From Sminthopsis crassicaudata (Eukaryota), in contig NC_133617.1 of NCBI RefSeq assembly GCF_048593235.1, forward strand, positions 627,482,958-627,546,957: a stretch of 64,000 bases of DNA. The letters are read 5' to 3'. Made by a program: the position numbers and the translations under genes. This document shows positions 40,145 through 54,559 of this stretch, one piece after another (the stretch's first letter is position 1; each line of letters begins with the position of its first letter). The notes beneath the pieces were generated by a model, which saw only the letters and a list, made by a program, of their open reading frames with translations, did no database searches and was not told where the DNA came from.

Positions 40145-42549
40145 ATGGATGTGAGTCACTGACCCCACTCTTGCTCCTTGACCCTACCCTGCTGATTCTC
40201 CCCAATCCTAAATCCTTTGTTCTACAAATCTTGCTGCCCTTAGTCCCCTCTCAATCCCAACCACATTCCTCCTCTTTTGTGTCCCTGAAGCCTCCACACT
40301 CTCTCCCTATCCTCTAGTTACCCCTTCCTCCTTGTACCTATAGTTCACAGAGGCTTCCTCTAGCTCATGGAACTCAGGCCGGGGTCCTCTGGTGAATGTC
40401 TCCTTGCCCATTCCAGCCATTGTCTTCATCAGCGTGGTCGCCTATTTGCTGCTGCTTGGCCTGGTGCTGCTGGCCAGACGTTACCTAGTGGTGAGGAGGC
40501 ACCCAGAGAGGGGAGGGAGGTGTGAATGGCTATACTAGTATAGGGGAAAAGGAAAGAAAGCCTCAGATCCACTTCCCCAGCTCTGGCTTCTCCCCAAATG
40601 CCACATTTTCTTTCTACTGTGATGCACATTCCTCCAGGACCCAAGAATTTCCTTGAAATTTTCCCTCATAATTCTAGCTTCTTGATTATCAACTCCTGTC
40701 CCTTGTAAGAAGCCAGGAAGCTCTCCCAAGGTGCTATATTTCCATTAGACTATAAATTGCTCCATATGGACAAAAGGAAAAGAGTTATGAGGAAAGCTCA
40801 GGAAATCTCTCTGACTCTCAGGAGCAGGACTGTTGCACAGACTGCAGAGGGCCCTGCAGGAAGACAGACACCCATGGTCCCTTTGAGTGTTGCCAGGGCT
40901 GCGCTGAAGCCTGTGACTTCCCTCTACCCAATCCAACCAGATGCTTGGATGCCTGCTGTCCCCAGCCCATGGAAGCAGTGAGTTATTCCCTTTGACTGAG
41001 ATATCCTTGACTATCTTATTCCTCCTTCCAATTATCAATTCCTTCTCATCTTGACATTCAGTCCAATTCACCTAACCTTGCTAAGCCCCCTCTCTGTCAC
41101 AAAGATATGCTTTTAAATATATTTTATTAATATACCTAAGGGAAGGGACAGGTAAGTCACAAATTATTCTGCAGCATATCTCTTTATAGTCATACAGTTT
41201 ACTAACAAGTCAGAAAACACAAGATCCCACTTGTTTTATTTACCAAGAAAAATTTTATTTAAAAGAGCAAACTGCTATCTGAAGGGATTTCTTCCATTCA
41301 TATTTTCCATGCCTATTCAAAATCTCCTAAGATTCTGTGAAAGTTGTAACAACAGAGATAATTTTATTGGACCTTCTGATCATTAATATAAAATAATAGA
41401 GAACATAATTCAGTCGTTCATATTTGCAGACTTTGAATATTACAAAGTCTCCTAAGCAAGAAATATTATCATCCAGAAGAGGTCAGCCTAAGTATATTCA
41501 CAGGAAATAAAAGAGTAACTAACCATTGTTGCCCAGACTATAATATTCAATGCATGGACAACCAAGAGAACAACAATGGAGCAACTGTTCCATTAGTACC
41601 TATCATTCTTAAACTTCAGATAATAGTGACATGGACTTGGAATTGAGCAGGTAAAAGAGGGCAGCCTTGGGGAATTGGGTATTTCTTTTAATGACATCAG
41701 CTTTTCTCCCTGAATCAAAGGTCCAGTTTTTAAAACACTTCCTGTGATGATGTAATTTCCAAAGAAATAAAATGGTGTCATCAAAGGGCAATTAGAGGTA
41801 CATAGTGGGCATGAGTAGGCTGTAACATATTGCTAATTAAGAAAAGTGGCATAAAGAATATCTTCAGAAAGACCTATGACCTGAAAAGAAAGTGAGCCAA
41901 TCTTATAAAGAAGAGCCTGATTGCTTTGTTGGTATCTATGTAATATCAAGAGACTCAGAGAAAGGCTTCAGTCTGATGGAGGATAAACAGGAATATTCAT
42001 AAATGGAATTTGGCTGGCAGTATATATCATTTGAGGACAGACACATTGAGAAGGCCATAGATTTGTTGAAATATCAAAGTATGTCAAAGTATCCCTAAAG
42101 AAAGAGAGGTCTCCAAGAGGAATAAAAAAAATTCACATTTTTAAAAAGTTTTTTCATGGGCAGGTAGTTTTTTTTTTTTTCCATTCTAGAAAACTTGTAC
42201 AGTATTTATTTAGAATTTATATTCATTACCTTTTGCCAAAACTATTTTAGGCAACTTACAAAGTTAATTTATATAGTGTAGCACCTGTCTTTTACTTATG
42301 GCTTGTTCTAGTTCTAAATTTTATATATTATGAAAGCAAGGAAAAAGACAAAGGTGAAATACATGATGATTATCTCACATGAATTTCAAACCAAATTAAA
42401 TCTCTTAAATGTATTTCCCCAGAAATGAGAGTTTTAATCAAGTTGATTAAAACTCAGCACTTAAGTTTTCTACTGACTGATTTCATTCCACATCATTATG
42501 GTTTTATCTTTCTGGGATATTTCTGATCATTGTGCTACTAGCATAAAGA

Positions 42550-42592
<43 letters not shown>

Positions 42593-44888
42593 CACGTGTA
42601 ATGTCTTGTCCTCCTCTGTACTGGGTTGTACAGACATACACACACCAACACTGGAGATAACATGATCTCCTAATGAATATGACACCTAATCCTGAAACTT
42701 CTGATCTTGTAAATGCCATTTTCCTATTTCTGGACTGGGCAGGTCTTGATCAGGCTTTTTAACTGTGACTGATATCTAGTCTTCTTTCTGGCTTTAAACA
42801 TTTGACCTTTTAATTCCATACTCCTCTAGGAGAATTCAGGGTGGGGAGAGGGAAGGGGGGAAGTGCTTCAGTTTTGGCTGGCCTAAATCCAAATATAGTG
42901 CTCTAGAGGGAGAAAAGGAAGAAGTAGAATATTTCCCACATACTGCTCTTTCAGTGACAAATTGTTCCTACTCCTTGGAAGACAGACTCTCTAACCATTA
43001 TCTCTTTCTCTTAGTTGGTAGTTGAGCTTTTTGGCCATTTTTCCAATCCTCTTTTGTGATTCTGAGAGGGGAAATTAGCTGTCTTTAAATGGAGTCAATT
43101 GCATTTACTTCTACATGAGAATCTATTTTAAGACTAGGCATGAAACATTGTTATAGTGATCTTGAACGATATATCAACTTTCATCTCCCCACTATCCTTT
43201 AAAAGCGACATAGCAAAAAGGGCAATAGATTTAGAATCAAAATATGAGTTCCAATCTAGCTCTTAACATTCATTATATCCATTCAACAAATATTAAGTGC
43301 CTATGTGATAGGTACTACATAAGATATCATGCCAGAGGCCAAGAATACAAAGACAAAAAGCAAAGTCCATGATTCTGTGAAATTTATACTCTACTAGGAG
43401 GAAACAATGTGTAAACAGATAAGTATTACATAATGATTTGAGAGAGAGAAAAGGCTTAGGAGAACCAGGAACAATTTCTCAAAGGAGATGGTATATGAAA
43501 TGACCTTTGAAGAAGCTAAAGGGAAACTGGAAAGGATGTGTTCCTGGTATGAAAGCAGTTTGTGCACAGGCTTAAAAGTGGGAAATGGGACACATAGTTT
43601 GAGGAACAAGAAGCTGACCAGTTAAGAGAATGAAGTACATAAAGGAGAGTAATGGCAGACTGGGACCTGGTTGTGAAGGAAACTGCTACCTGAGAAGTTT
43701 CTATTTTACCCTAAAAGGCATAGGGAGGCACTGGAGGAGCGGTGATATTCTCTGACATATGCTTTAGAAAAATAATTTTAAGGATAGCTTAAAAGAGATT
43801 AGACCTGGAATTCAAGTAGAAGGCTGTTGCTGTAGTTACAGTAATAGGTGATGAAGCCTAAAGTAGGATTGTTGACCATATGAGAGAGAGAAAGGAACAA
43901 CTGGGAGGAGAAGGAACATTAACAAGAATTGGCAACTAACTAAAGGGGTTAAAAAAGGAAGAAGTAGGGATGAGTCCCAGCTTACAAACCTGGGTTATTG
44001 GAAGGGTGATTGTATGCTGAACAGAAATGAAGAAGCTTAAGGAAGGGGAAATAAAGAATAATGTTTTTACGATGTTGGAATTTGAAAGGCATAAATCACG
44101 AACAGGAGATGTCAAAGTAGATAGTGATGCTGAACTGAAGCTTAGAAATAAAACAAGGTTTGGAAGTCTTCTATATGGATATGATTATTAAACTGGTGAG
44201 GGTTTAATGAGATCACTGAAGGAGCAGAGAGAGAAAAGTGTCCATAGTTTGGGGGTAGGACACAGGCAATGTTCCAGCAAAAGAGATTTTAAAGGAGTGG
44301 TCAAAGACAACCTGTAGAGAACAGTGCCACTAAAACTATTGAAGAGATAGTATCCAGGAGAAACTGGGTAGCAATGTCACCTGAGGTGAAGGCAAGAAGA
44401 TTGAGATACCTGTGGGATTTGGCAACTTGGAAAAATACATTTTATTTGAATTAAGTTAGAAGCCCAAACTAGAACCAATTGAGAGGTGAATAGGAGGAGG
44501 TAGAAAACCTGATTATAGACTGCTTTTTTTAGGATCAAGGGCAGACATTTATCCTTTCTGAACCTTGTTTCTTTATTCATATAAATCTTTATCCATAAAA
44601 ATGCTTATAATGGCTCACTGAGTTGTGAATAAAGCACTTTGAAAAGTGCTTCTCTAAATGGGAACTATCATATTTTGTTTCCTACAACACTCCTGTAAAC
44701 TCTCTGAACTTCACAACCCTTAGCATTTCCTCTTTTAACTTTTCCTATCATTCCTTTTCATCCTTCTCCCTCAGGGTTGGGCTCCCCAGTGCCCCAGATG
44801 CTTCCCACTGTGTGACTGTGCCTGTGCCTGCCAGCTGCCCGACTGTCAAAGCCTCAATTGCCTTTGCTTTGAAATCAAGCTCAGATGA
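40145..44888 (+). CDS. Uncharacterised 140-aa single-pass membrane protein with a cysteine-rich tail (orthologue of human LOC112694756, upstream of ALDOA); coding exons 40145-40150, 40344-40490, 40822-40977, 44775-44888
   Basis: All-phase-0 GT-AG introns; 423 nt. Translation MD|FTEASSSSWNSGRGPLVNVSLPIPAIVFISVVAYLLLLGLVLLARRYLV|EQDCCTDCRGPCRKTDTHGPFECCQGCAEACDFPLPNPTRCLDACCPQPMEA|GWAPQCPRCFPLCDCACACQLPDCQSLNCLCFEIKLR. Matches the recalled human uncharacterised protein (LPIPAIVF, CAEAC.FPLP, CQLPDCQSLNCLCFEIKLR). The second acceptor could be 40344 or 40353. Confidence 0.88.
41200..42120 (+). mobile_element. Degenerate RTE-like LINE remnant
   Basis: Decayed motifs such as cttcctgtgatg (LPVM) in an RTE-like order; many stops. 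Confidence 0.4.
42551..42589. repeat. (TG)n microsatellite
   Basis: Directly visible. Confidence 0.95.
43290..44520 (-). mobile_element. LINE-2 remnant
   Basis: cattcaacaaatattaagtgcct L2 3' end followed by typical purine-rich reverse L2 sequence. Confidence 0.6.
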
Positions 44889-45427
44889 TGATCGTTTGTT
44901 CACGGTTATGGAACATGACCTTCCAGAGGACCTGTCTACCGCAAGTGCTCAGAAACATTCCCTGAGAGTAGGGTCCCCATCCCATTGGAGCCCCAAATGG
45001 CTTGCCCACCTGTTCCCAAGGGCTATTCATCCTTTTGTCTTCATTGGACCTAAGCAGAGAAGATCCAGACTCTCCTAGCAAGATGCAGAGAGCAGTTACC
45101 CTAGAAGAAGAAATCCCTCTTGAGAGCTGAGGACGGGACCTCAAGCACCTTGGAGAAAATCCATGAGAGGCTAGTTTTCTTGAGTAAATCCTGCTCATCC
45201 TTACCCCTACCAATAGAGAGGAGTGAAGGGACATGACTCAAGTTAGGACTGGTAGTATTCATTTGTCCTCAGAAGAGGCTGAGTTCAGGAAGTTCTGTGC
45301 AGAGTTAAGATTTCAGGGTGACCTTTGTTGTTCAGTCACGTCCCACTCTCCATGACTCTGTGAACAATGCCATTCATGGGCAAAGATACTGGAGTGGTTT
45401 TCCATTTCCTTTTCCAGTGGATTAAGA

Positions 45428-45470
<43 letters not shown>

Positions 45471-45813
45471 TATTTGACCAAGGTCACCCAGTTAGTAAGC
45501 ATCTGAGGCTGGATTTGAATTCAGGACTTACTGCTTTCAGACCCATCATACTATCCAATGAGCCATTCAGCTGCCTCAGGGTGACCTATGTGCGATTTGT
45601 ATTGCTGCATCTGCCAGCTCCCCATTCTCTTAGGAAATATGTATGTGCCTTTCTGTTCCCAACTCTGAAATAAGTACTCATGAATAAGAACTGACACTAT
45701 TGAGTCCAGAGAGAGAATCAAGAGAGGCCTAAGGTTGGGAGAAAGGAGACTTGATACTAACTACTTTATGACTTACTACCGTAGAGATTTCAACCCTGTA
45801 TCTCCTTTGGCAG

Positions 45814-45864
45814 GCAGGGCAGCATCACTGATCACGATAGAAAAGGATGGCAACTCAACTGCTG
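45814..45864 (+). other. ALDOA: Upstream 51-nt ALDOA exon with an in-frame ATG (45847)
   Basis: Acceptor tctcctttggcag, donor CTG|GTGAGT. ATG GCA ACT CAA CTG CTG ends in phase 0, in frame with the ALDOA exon starting at 48937. Confidence 0.6.
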
Positions 45865-46020
45865 GTGAGTGGGATGTGGTTACATATGCCTGCCTTTCTC
45901 TGCCTGCTTTTGCCTTCTATCTGCTGGATCCCTCTCTACCGAGCAGAAGACCTTCTTGGTCACTCCCCCTCCTCTAATTTCTTCCCCTCCCCTGTTCTAA
46001 GCCCTATTCTGGCCCGAATG

Positions 46021-46214
46021 TCAGGGGCTTCAGGTTTCCCCTAAATATAGTTCCCTGCCAGAGAAGCTGGGATGGGGAAAGGGCAGGGGTCACAAGAGAA
46101 GGTCGGGAAAATTCCAAGAGGAGGGTGGGGAGTGAGTACTTTATAACTCCAACCAACCCCTGCCTGAGCACTCACTGCCCAGGCTTGAGTCTAAACCCTC
46201 CAGACTCCATTTAG
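46021..46214 (+). promoter_or_regulatory. ALDOA: ALDOA muscle-specific promoter (pM) and short muscle exon
   Basis: MEF3 TCAGGTTTC 46030-46038, MEF2 CTAAATATAG 46041-46050, NFI half-site TGCCA 46056-46060, TATA-like TTTATAA 46140-46146, donor TAG|GTGGGT at 46214/46215. Confidence 0.75.
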
Positions 46215-46479
46215 GTGGGTATTGAGAGGGTAACCGAGCAGAGAAAATGGGGTGGGCTGGATTCTTGGGCGGGAGAGAATGAGGGAGTGAAAATAAGAAT
46301 TGGTGAAGAAAAAGTGAGGTTTTAATAAGGGTGAGGGAGGGGGAGGTGGGGGAAGTTGGAAAGAGGGAAAGGAATGAAATGCCAGAAGTCCAGGGAAATC
46401 TAAATTCTAAGCAAAGGAGGGGGCATGTGATTTGGGAACTAATTGGGCAGATGGGTAAATGCACCAAAGGACAGAATGA

Positions 46480-47990
46480 CCTCTCGCTTCCCTACAGCCT
46501 GGGCCCCGCCCTTGGGTTTTATCTAGCGGGAAGGGGATGGAGCCAGCAGCCTCCGCTCGGGCCCCCAGGTTTAGCATTCTAGCCAGTTGAGACCTGTCGC
46601 TGGTGGCTCCTGCAAGATAGGGCGCGGCCCCGGGATGGCTGGTTAGAGGATTGCGCTAAAGTTGCGCAGCTGCATCTCGGAAGGGGAGCGGAGGAGGGGA
46701 GGGGACCCACGGCGCTTGAGCGGACCTTTAAGGAAGACCGGGGCTTGGGAGGAGGTCCGATTTCGCGGGAAGGTTATTGCAAGCTGCAATGAAAGGGTGG
46801 AGGGGACGAAAATGGAATGGGGCATAGAGCTGAGAACCTCTCCAGGAAGTTTGGGCAATCAATCTGGGAGGGGAAAATACAAGGAAATAGTGCTTGGGTA
46901 AATCACCCCTAGGTCTAGCTTCCTCCTTTCCTCCTCCGCCACCTTGCTAAATCTTCTGGCGCTCCCCCCCCCCCCCCCAGCCCATCACCTGCCAACATTC
47001 ATCTATCCTTTTGTACACCCCTCCCCCATCCTAATATTCCCTCAGGACGAAAATGTGTGCGTCACGCAGTCCTAGGCTGGGATGGGGGCGGCGAGGGGGG
47101 GAGGGGTTGGGGTTGCAGCTGCCTGGGGTTTGGGGGGGGGGGTGCGCGACCCAAAAGGACGTGGTCCCAGTCACGTCCGAAGGGAGGGCGGGAACAGAAG
47201 CAGAACATTTCTTCCCCCCTCCCTTTTTTGGAGCTCTGGGAGCGTTGCTGCGTATGGTCATCCGCTGTCCCTGGCTTTAGCATTCTCGCTCGTTGATTGG
47301 GCGAAAACAGTTTTCCCCGCCCCTTCCGCCCCCCCAACCCCCGGGTAGGAGGCGCGGTCTCTTTAAATGGTCAGACTCCGCCTTTGCTCCGCCCCCCCTG
47401 AGTTCAATAGGCGACGTTCGGATTCGGAGAGCGCAGAAGTTCGGCTCCGACCATAAGCAGTCTTCTTCCTGCCGGTAAGCCCACCACCGAGGCCCGCAGC
47501 CCGCTTCCCAAGGCCAGGTGAGCGAGCCTGATGGGCTGAGGGAGCTCGGATCTTAGGCTACGGGGAGCGCCCGATAGAACCCCTGCGGCCGAACCCGTAC
47601 CTGTGCCCCGGCCCGCGCTGCCTTTTGGGACAAGGTGGCGCTGGGAACAGGCAGGTCGCTGGTGCCCTCATCCCGCTTCACAATTCCCGGACTGGAATCT
47701 TGATGCTTTGTGCGCAATGCGACAGCCGGGGCGGAAGGCTGAGTCACGCGGGGGAGGGCGCGCCCGAGAGCTGCCCTCCGCCGGGGAGAGAGTGGGGGAG
47801 GGGAGTGGGGGCATGAGGGTTCTAGAGCCCAGCCGGGCTGAGGATGGGAAGAGGACGACTTGCCACGAGGGCGGAATGCGAAGGGGGTACAATTGTGGGC
47901 ATGGCTCGGTCCGGTCCCGGTGTTTGCGGGCAATAACTACCTTAGGAAAATGTAATGAAGGGGGTGAGACGGAGAAAGGAAACCCGACTA
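46480..47990 (+). promoter_or_regulatory. ALDOA: ALDOA housekeeping promoter CpG island with non-coding exon ending at 47474
   Basis: CpG-dense; HRE pair 47157-47178, reverse CCAAT 47296-47300, GC boxes, TTTAAAT 47362-47368, donor CCG|GTAAGC at 47474/47475. Confidence 0.8.
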
Positions 47991-48963
47991 CAGGGGAAAT
48001 TCCCATCGGGGTTTGCTATCGCCTTCCACTAATGCCTTCCATCTCATCCTATAGCTTTTCTTAATCGGGAATGACCTTGAACCACCCAAGTTGCAGCTGT
48101 GGTTGGAATGATGCAAAGGAGCAATCTAGAGGGACAGTGCCCCCCCAGGACATGTCTGACTTGCTGCTGCCTCCCTTTTCACTGCCTCTTTTAGCTCCTG
48201 TAGCAGTCAGCTGACTGGGAATGATGGAAGGCAGAGACGTCTTCTAAAATGGAGGCTGGGCTCTTGCCCTTCACAGGGGTCAGCCTAATACCTCTAGTCA
48301 TTCACTATGTTTATTTTTGTGGAAGTATCTCCAAGCTTACTGGGCAGAGCAGCCTGACCTTGAAATGCCCTTGATGGATTGATTTGCAAGGAAAGGATAT
48401 GTGGTATAAAGAAAAGAAACAGGAGTTTAGGGGATTAGGAAACCTGAATTCTAGCTCTGGATTTTGGAGATTGTCAGTTGGGTCGGAGTCTATTTGCTGC
48501 CCCGAAATACGCATTTCACTTTCATCTGAGGTTCTAAGCTTGCTTTCCTTTCTTGAGTTTGTTGCTTTATTAAATGAGAAGATTGAGGCAGACGTTTATT
48601 TAACTGGCCCTTGTGTGCATCTAAGTAAGGTGACCCTAGAGCTGAGGGCCCAAGTTAATTTCCTTTTATTGTAGCCCAGACTTCTCAGTGTTTGTTTTCT
48701 GCTAGAGTAGCCACACCCTGGATTTGGATCTCCACCCTAGGTTTTAGAAAGGTGAAGCAAAAAAACAAAAAACAAAAAAAAAAAAAGGAAAAAGAAAAAT
48801 TAGGGAAGTAGAACTATATAGAGCAGGGGAAAGAGAAGTTGGGTAGCAAGAATGGTCTGATCTTGAATTACATAATAAACAGGATTATGCCATTATTACA
48901 GAAAAGTCTAGTTTATACTTTACTATCTCCACCCAGGAAACTACCAACACAGCCAAGGAAAAC

Positions 48964-51651
<2,688 letters not shown>

Positions 51652-51820
51652 GTCAAGGCCTTCCATCTGGGTATGCCCTAACACTCCAGGCCATCCCTCA
51701 CAGTCCAGGAAGAGGCTGAGATCCCAGAGCTTTGTGCTGACCTCTCCCATCACTCCTAACTTGTGTGGTGTTGTTGCTCTCTGGTGAATCTAGTGACCCC
51801 CTCCTCAGCCCACTTTTTCC

Positions 51821-51826
51821 AATAAA
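51821..51826 (+). terminator. Poly(A) signal of ALDOA
   Basis: AATAAA 170 nt after the stop, with a GT-rich downstream region. Confidence 0.9.
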
Positions 51827-52105
51827 CAACTATTTAACAAAGAGTCTGATGCCTGTGAATGGAGCATTTAGCTTAATGATTTTCTTTTGTTGGATTAAAT
51901 CTTTCTGTTTTGTACTGGCTTGTCCTATCAAGTAGAACTGCCTTGGGGTGGGGGGAATCATTAACCTCCTGTGGAGGGGAATTGGGAGTGCTTTATAAAT
52001 AGGAAATAAGTGTTTTGCTAGCTTATAATACAAGCTATAAATTAGTTGTGGATCATTGGAGAAGAGTAAAAGTCATTCAGACTACATCTGTGTATATGTA
52101 GTACA

Positions 52106-53384
52106 TGTGTACCAAATCTCTTCCTCAAGTGAGATTCCTAGTGGGAATGATGAGGTAATAGGGAACCTCAAAATGATGAGGTAACTTGAACCAAATCATG
52201 AGATAAATACCTAATAATGAGGTATATACCTCAACAGAATTAAGTGAGGTCTAGTGGCAGGATTCTGGGTACAGGGAGTCACATGGAGCTTCCCTGCAAC
52301 CCCCTTAGGAATCGGCGCAAGGATACAAAGTTAAATCAGGTCTAGTGGCGGCGAGAGTCCCCTGTAAATGAATTTACAGGCCCAAAAACTAGATGGGTAA
52401 AAGATGCTTATTGCAGGGTTTGGAAGCAAGGTTAAGGTCTGGTTAGTAAAAGGCATTAGATAGAGGAAGCTATACACCAAAAGCGGCGGGGACAGAGAAT
52501 CTCTGATGCAAGCATCTTAGCTGGCATCTTTCAAATCTCTGAACCAAAGATGGCTCTAGCTTTGCTCTTTTTATCTGCTTGAAGTAATGGGCGGAGCTCA
52601 GGTTAATTCCTAGAAGGCCAGATTTTTGGCGGGCTTTATCCTAGCCAGCTCAGATCCAGTGGGGGGCTGGGTACAAGCCCAGACTAGTTTGACCAGATCT
52701 TGATTCAAAGGTCCAAGTCCCAAAGGAAGTTGGAGATCAAACAAGGAATACCAAGGGGCTACCGCCCTCAACAGGAATATTGATGTGGATCACAAGAACT
52801 TTCATTTGGGGACTTTTAGGACTCATTGTTATTTTAGATGTTCAGCATTTCTAAGGCAGAGATGTTAAGATGGCCCCAGAGGTTAATTATTCCTTAAGAT
52901 TCTGTCCTCCCCTTGAAAGTCAAGGTTGTTCTCAAACATTGTCCTATGTAATCCTATAATTGTGGGTTTTACTATTATGGATGGACCTTAAGATTCCTCC
53001 TGTCTCTTAATACATGATATTGTGTATTGAGAAAGCACGGTTCCATAGGAAGACCTTTTATCATTAGCTTCAACTATACAAGTTTTAATTTAGAAATGTG
53101 CAATTCTTAAGGGAATACATATAGAGGAGGGCCTTCTAATTTTTAAATAAATAGCTTCTTTATCCCAATGCAAATTTGCCCCAAGATAAATTGTCCTGAG
53201 TCAATCCTTATAAATCTGATTGCTGAATAAATCTATTTAGTCATTCTTAGATTCTGGGAAAAGCTCAGCCCCAAAGGAAACTTTCTTAGAAAGTCTTTAC
53301 ATATTTGTAATTAGCACATTTCGGTTATATTTTTATTAGATATGACACACCAATTAGAATCCGTCACTGAGCATTTCCTATACA
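52106..53384. mobile_element. LTR/ERV-derived insertion of about 1.28 kb
   Basis: TG at 52106, CA at 53383-53384, flanked by GTACA (52101-52105 and 53385-53389); internal short repeats (tgatgaggtaa). Confidence 0.55.
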
Positions 53385-54559
53385 GTACAGTGGTCATACA
53401 TAAGAGTAACCAAAACGGAGACTAGAAATTGAAACTTCAACTGAACTACACATATTTTATTTGGAGGTGATTAGGGAATTATGGCATGATAAAATACTGG
53501 ATTTTCATACAGGAGAAGAATTGGGGCTATATAAAAAATTTTCTTGAAGCAGTTGGGGTTAAATGACTTGCCCAAGGGAGACACAAAGACCTATTGTCTG
53601 AGACTGCATTTGAACTTGGGTCTCTTGACTTCAGAGCCATTCTGCTATCTAGCTGTTCCTGGGCTATATTTTTTTCATGGGTAATAGAAGTTAACAGGGT
53701 ACAGATTTTGAAAGTAAAAAACTGGTTCACAAAAGGGAGTGGACTGTCTCCAGAAGTAATGGGTTCCTAAAGTATTTGAAAGTCTAGTGAGGGCTGATCA
53801 CTTGTCATGGATTCCTTTTCAGGCATGAGTGGACTGGATGCTCTTTGAGGCCCATTTCAACTCATTCAATGGACAAAATTACCTACTTCGACCATAAGGC
53901 TCAGGGAGAGGAAGTATCTTGGATTGTTTAAAGGAAGAGTCTGGGCCTCCAGATTCCCAAACCAGGATTTCTCTTTATTTCCTCATTCAAACTCCAGTAC
54001 TGACACTCTAGCCAAGACTAATATGGGCAAAAGGCCTACAGTTGGGTGGGAAAGATAAGACAAGTAACTAGTGTAGGAGGCAAAATAACAGTAAAAAGTT
54101 TTTGGCCTTGGGAATCAAGAGAAATGACTACCAGGCATAGCCCATACTAGTTTTAAGACCACAGGCAAAACACTTAAAACTTTCTGACTGAATCTTGGTT
54201 TGTAAAATGGACAACTTGCCTGTTTAACATTTTGAGGAAAAAACATATAAAATGTTTTATGTTTATTAGTTGGCAGACGCTAAGAGGGCGTTGCCATAGG
54301 GTGGCTGGGTGGCGCACTTAAGGCACAGAGGTGCCGGGCCTGGAATGAAGACTCATTCCCGAAACCAAATTTGGCCTTGAGGCTTCTAGCGGTGTGATGT
54401 GGTGTGATCCTGGGCAAGTCTCTTAACCCTGTTTGCCTCAGCCACCCCCCAAAAAAGATGAGCGGAGAAATAAATGAGAAAAACCACTATCTTTGGCCAA
54501 GAAAAACCCAAATGGGGTCATGATTGAAGGAACAGGAAAAACGCTGTGGATCTCATGGA

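Noticed and set aside
44812-45078. 88-aa ORF MTVPVPASCPTVK...
   Set aside because: It is a shifted frame overlapping the true last exon of the cysteine-rich gene.
48675-48751. Cassette exon candidate (donor AAG|GTGAAG) resembling the end of the eutherian testis ALDOA exon
   Set aside because: No in-frame ATG, and both possible acceptors (77 or 46 nt) would shift the frame. The MSDLLLPP-like segment at 48152 also ends in a stop.
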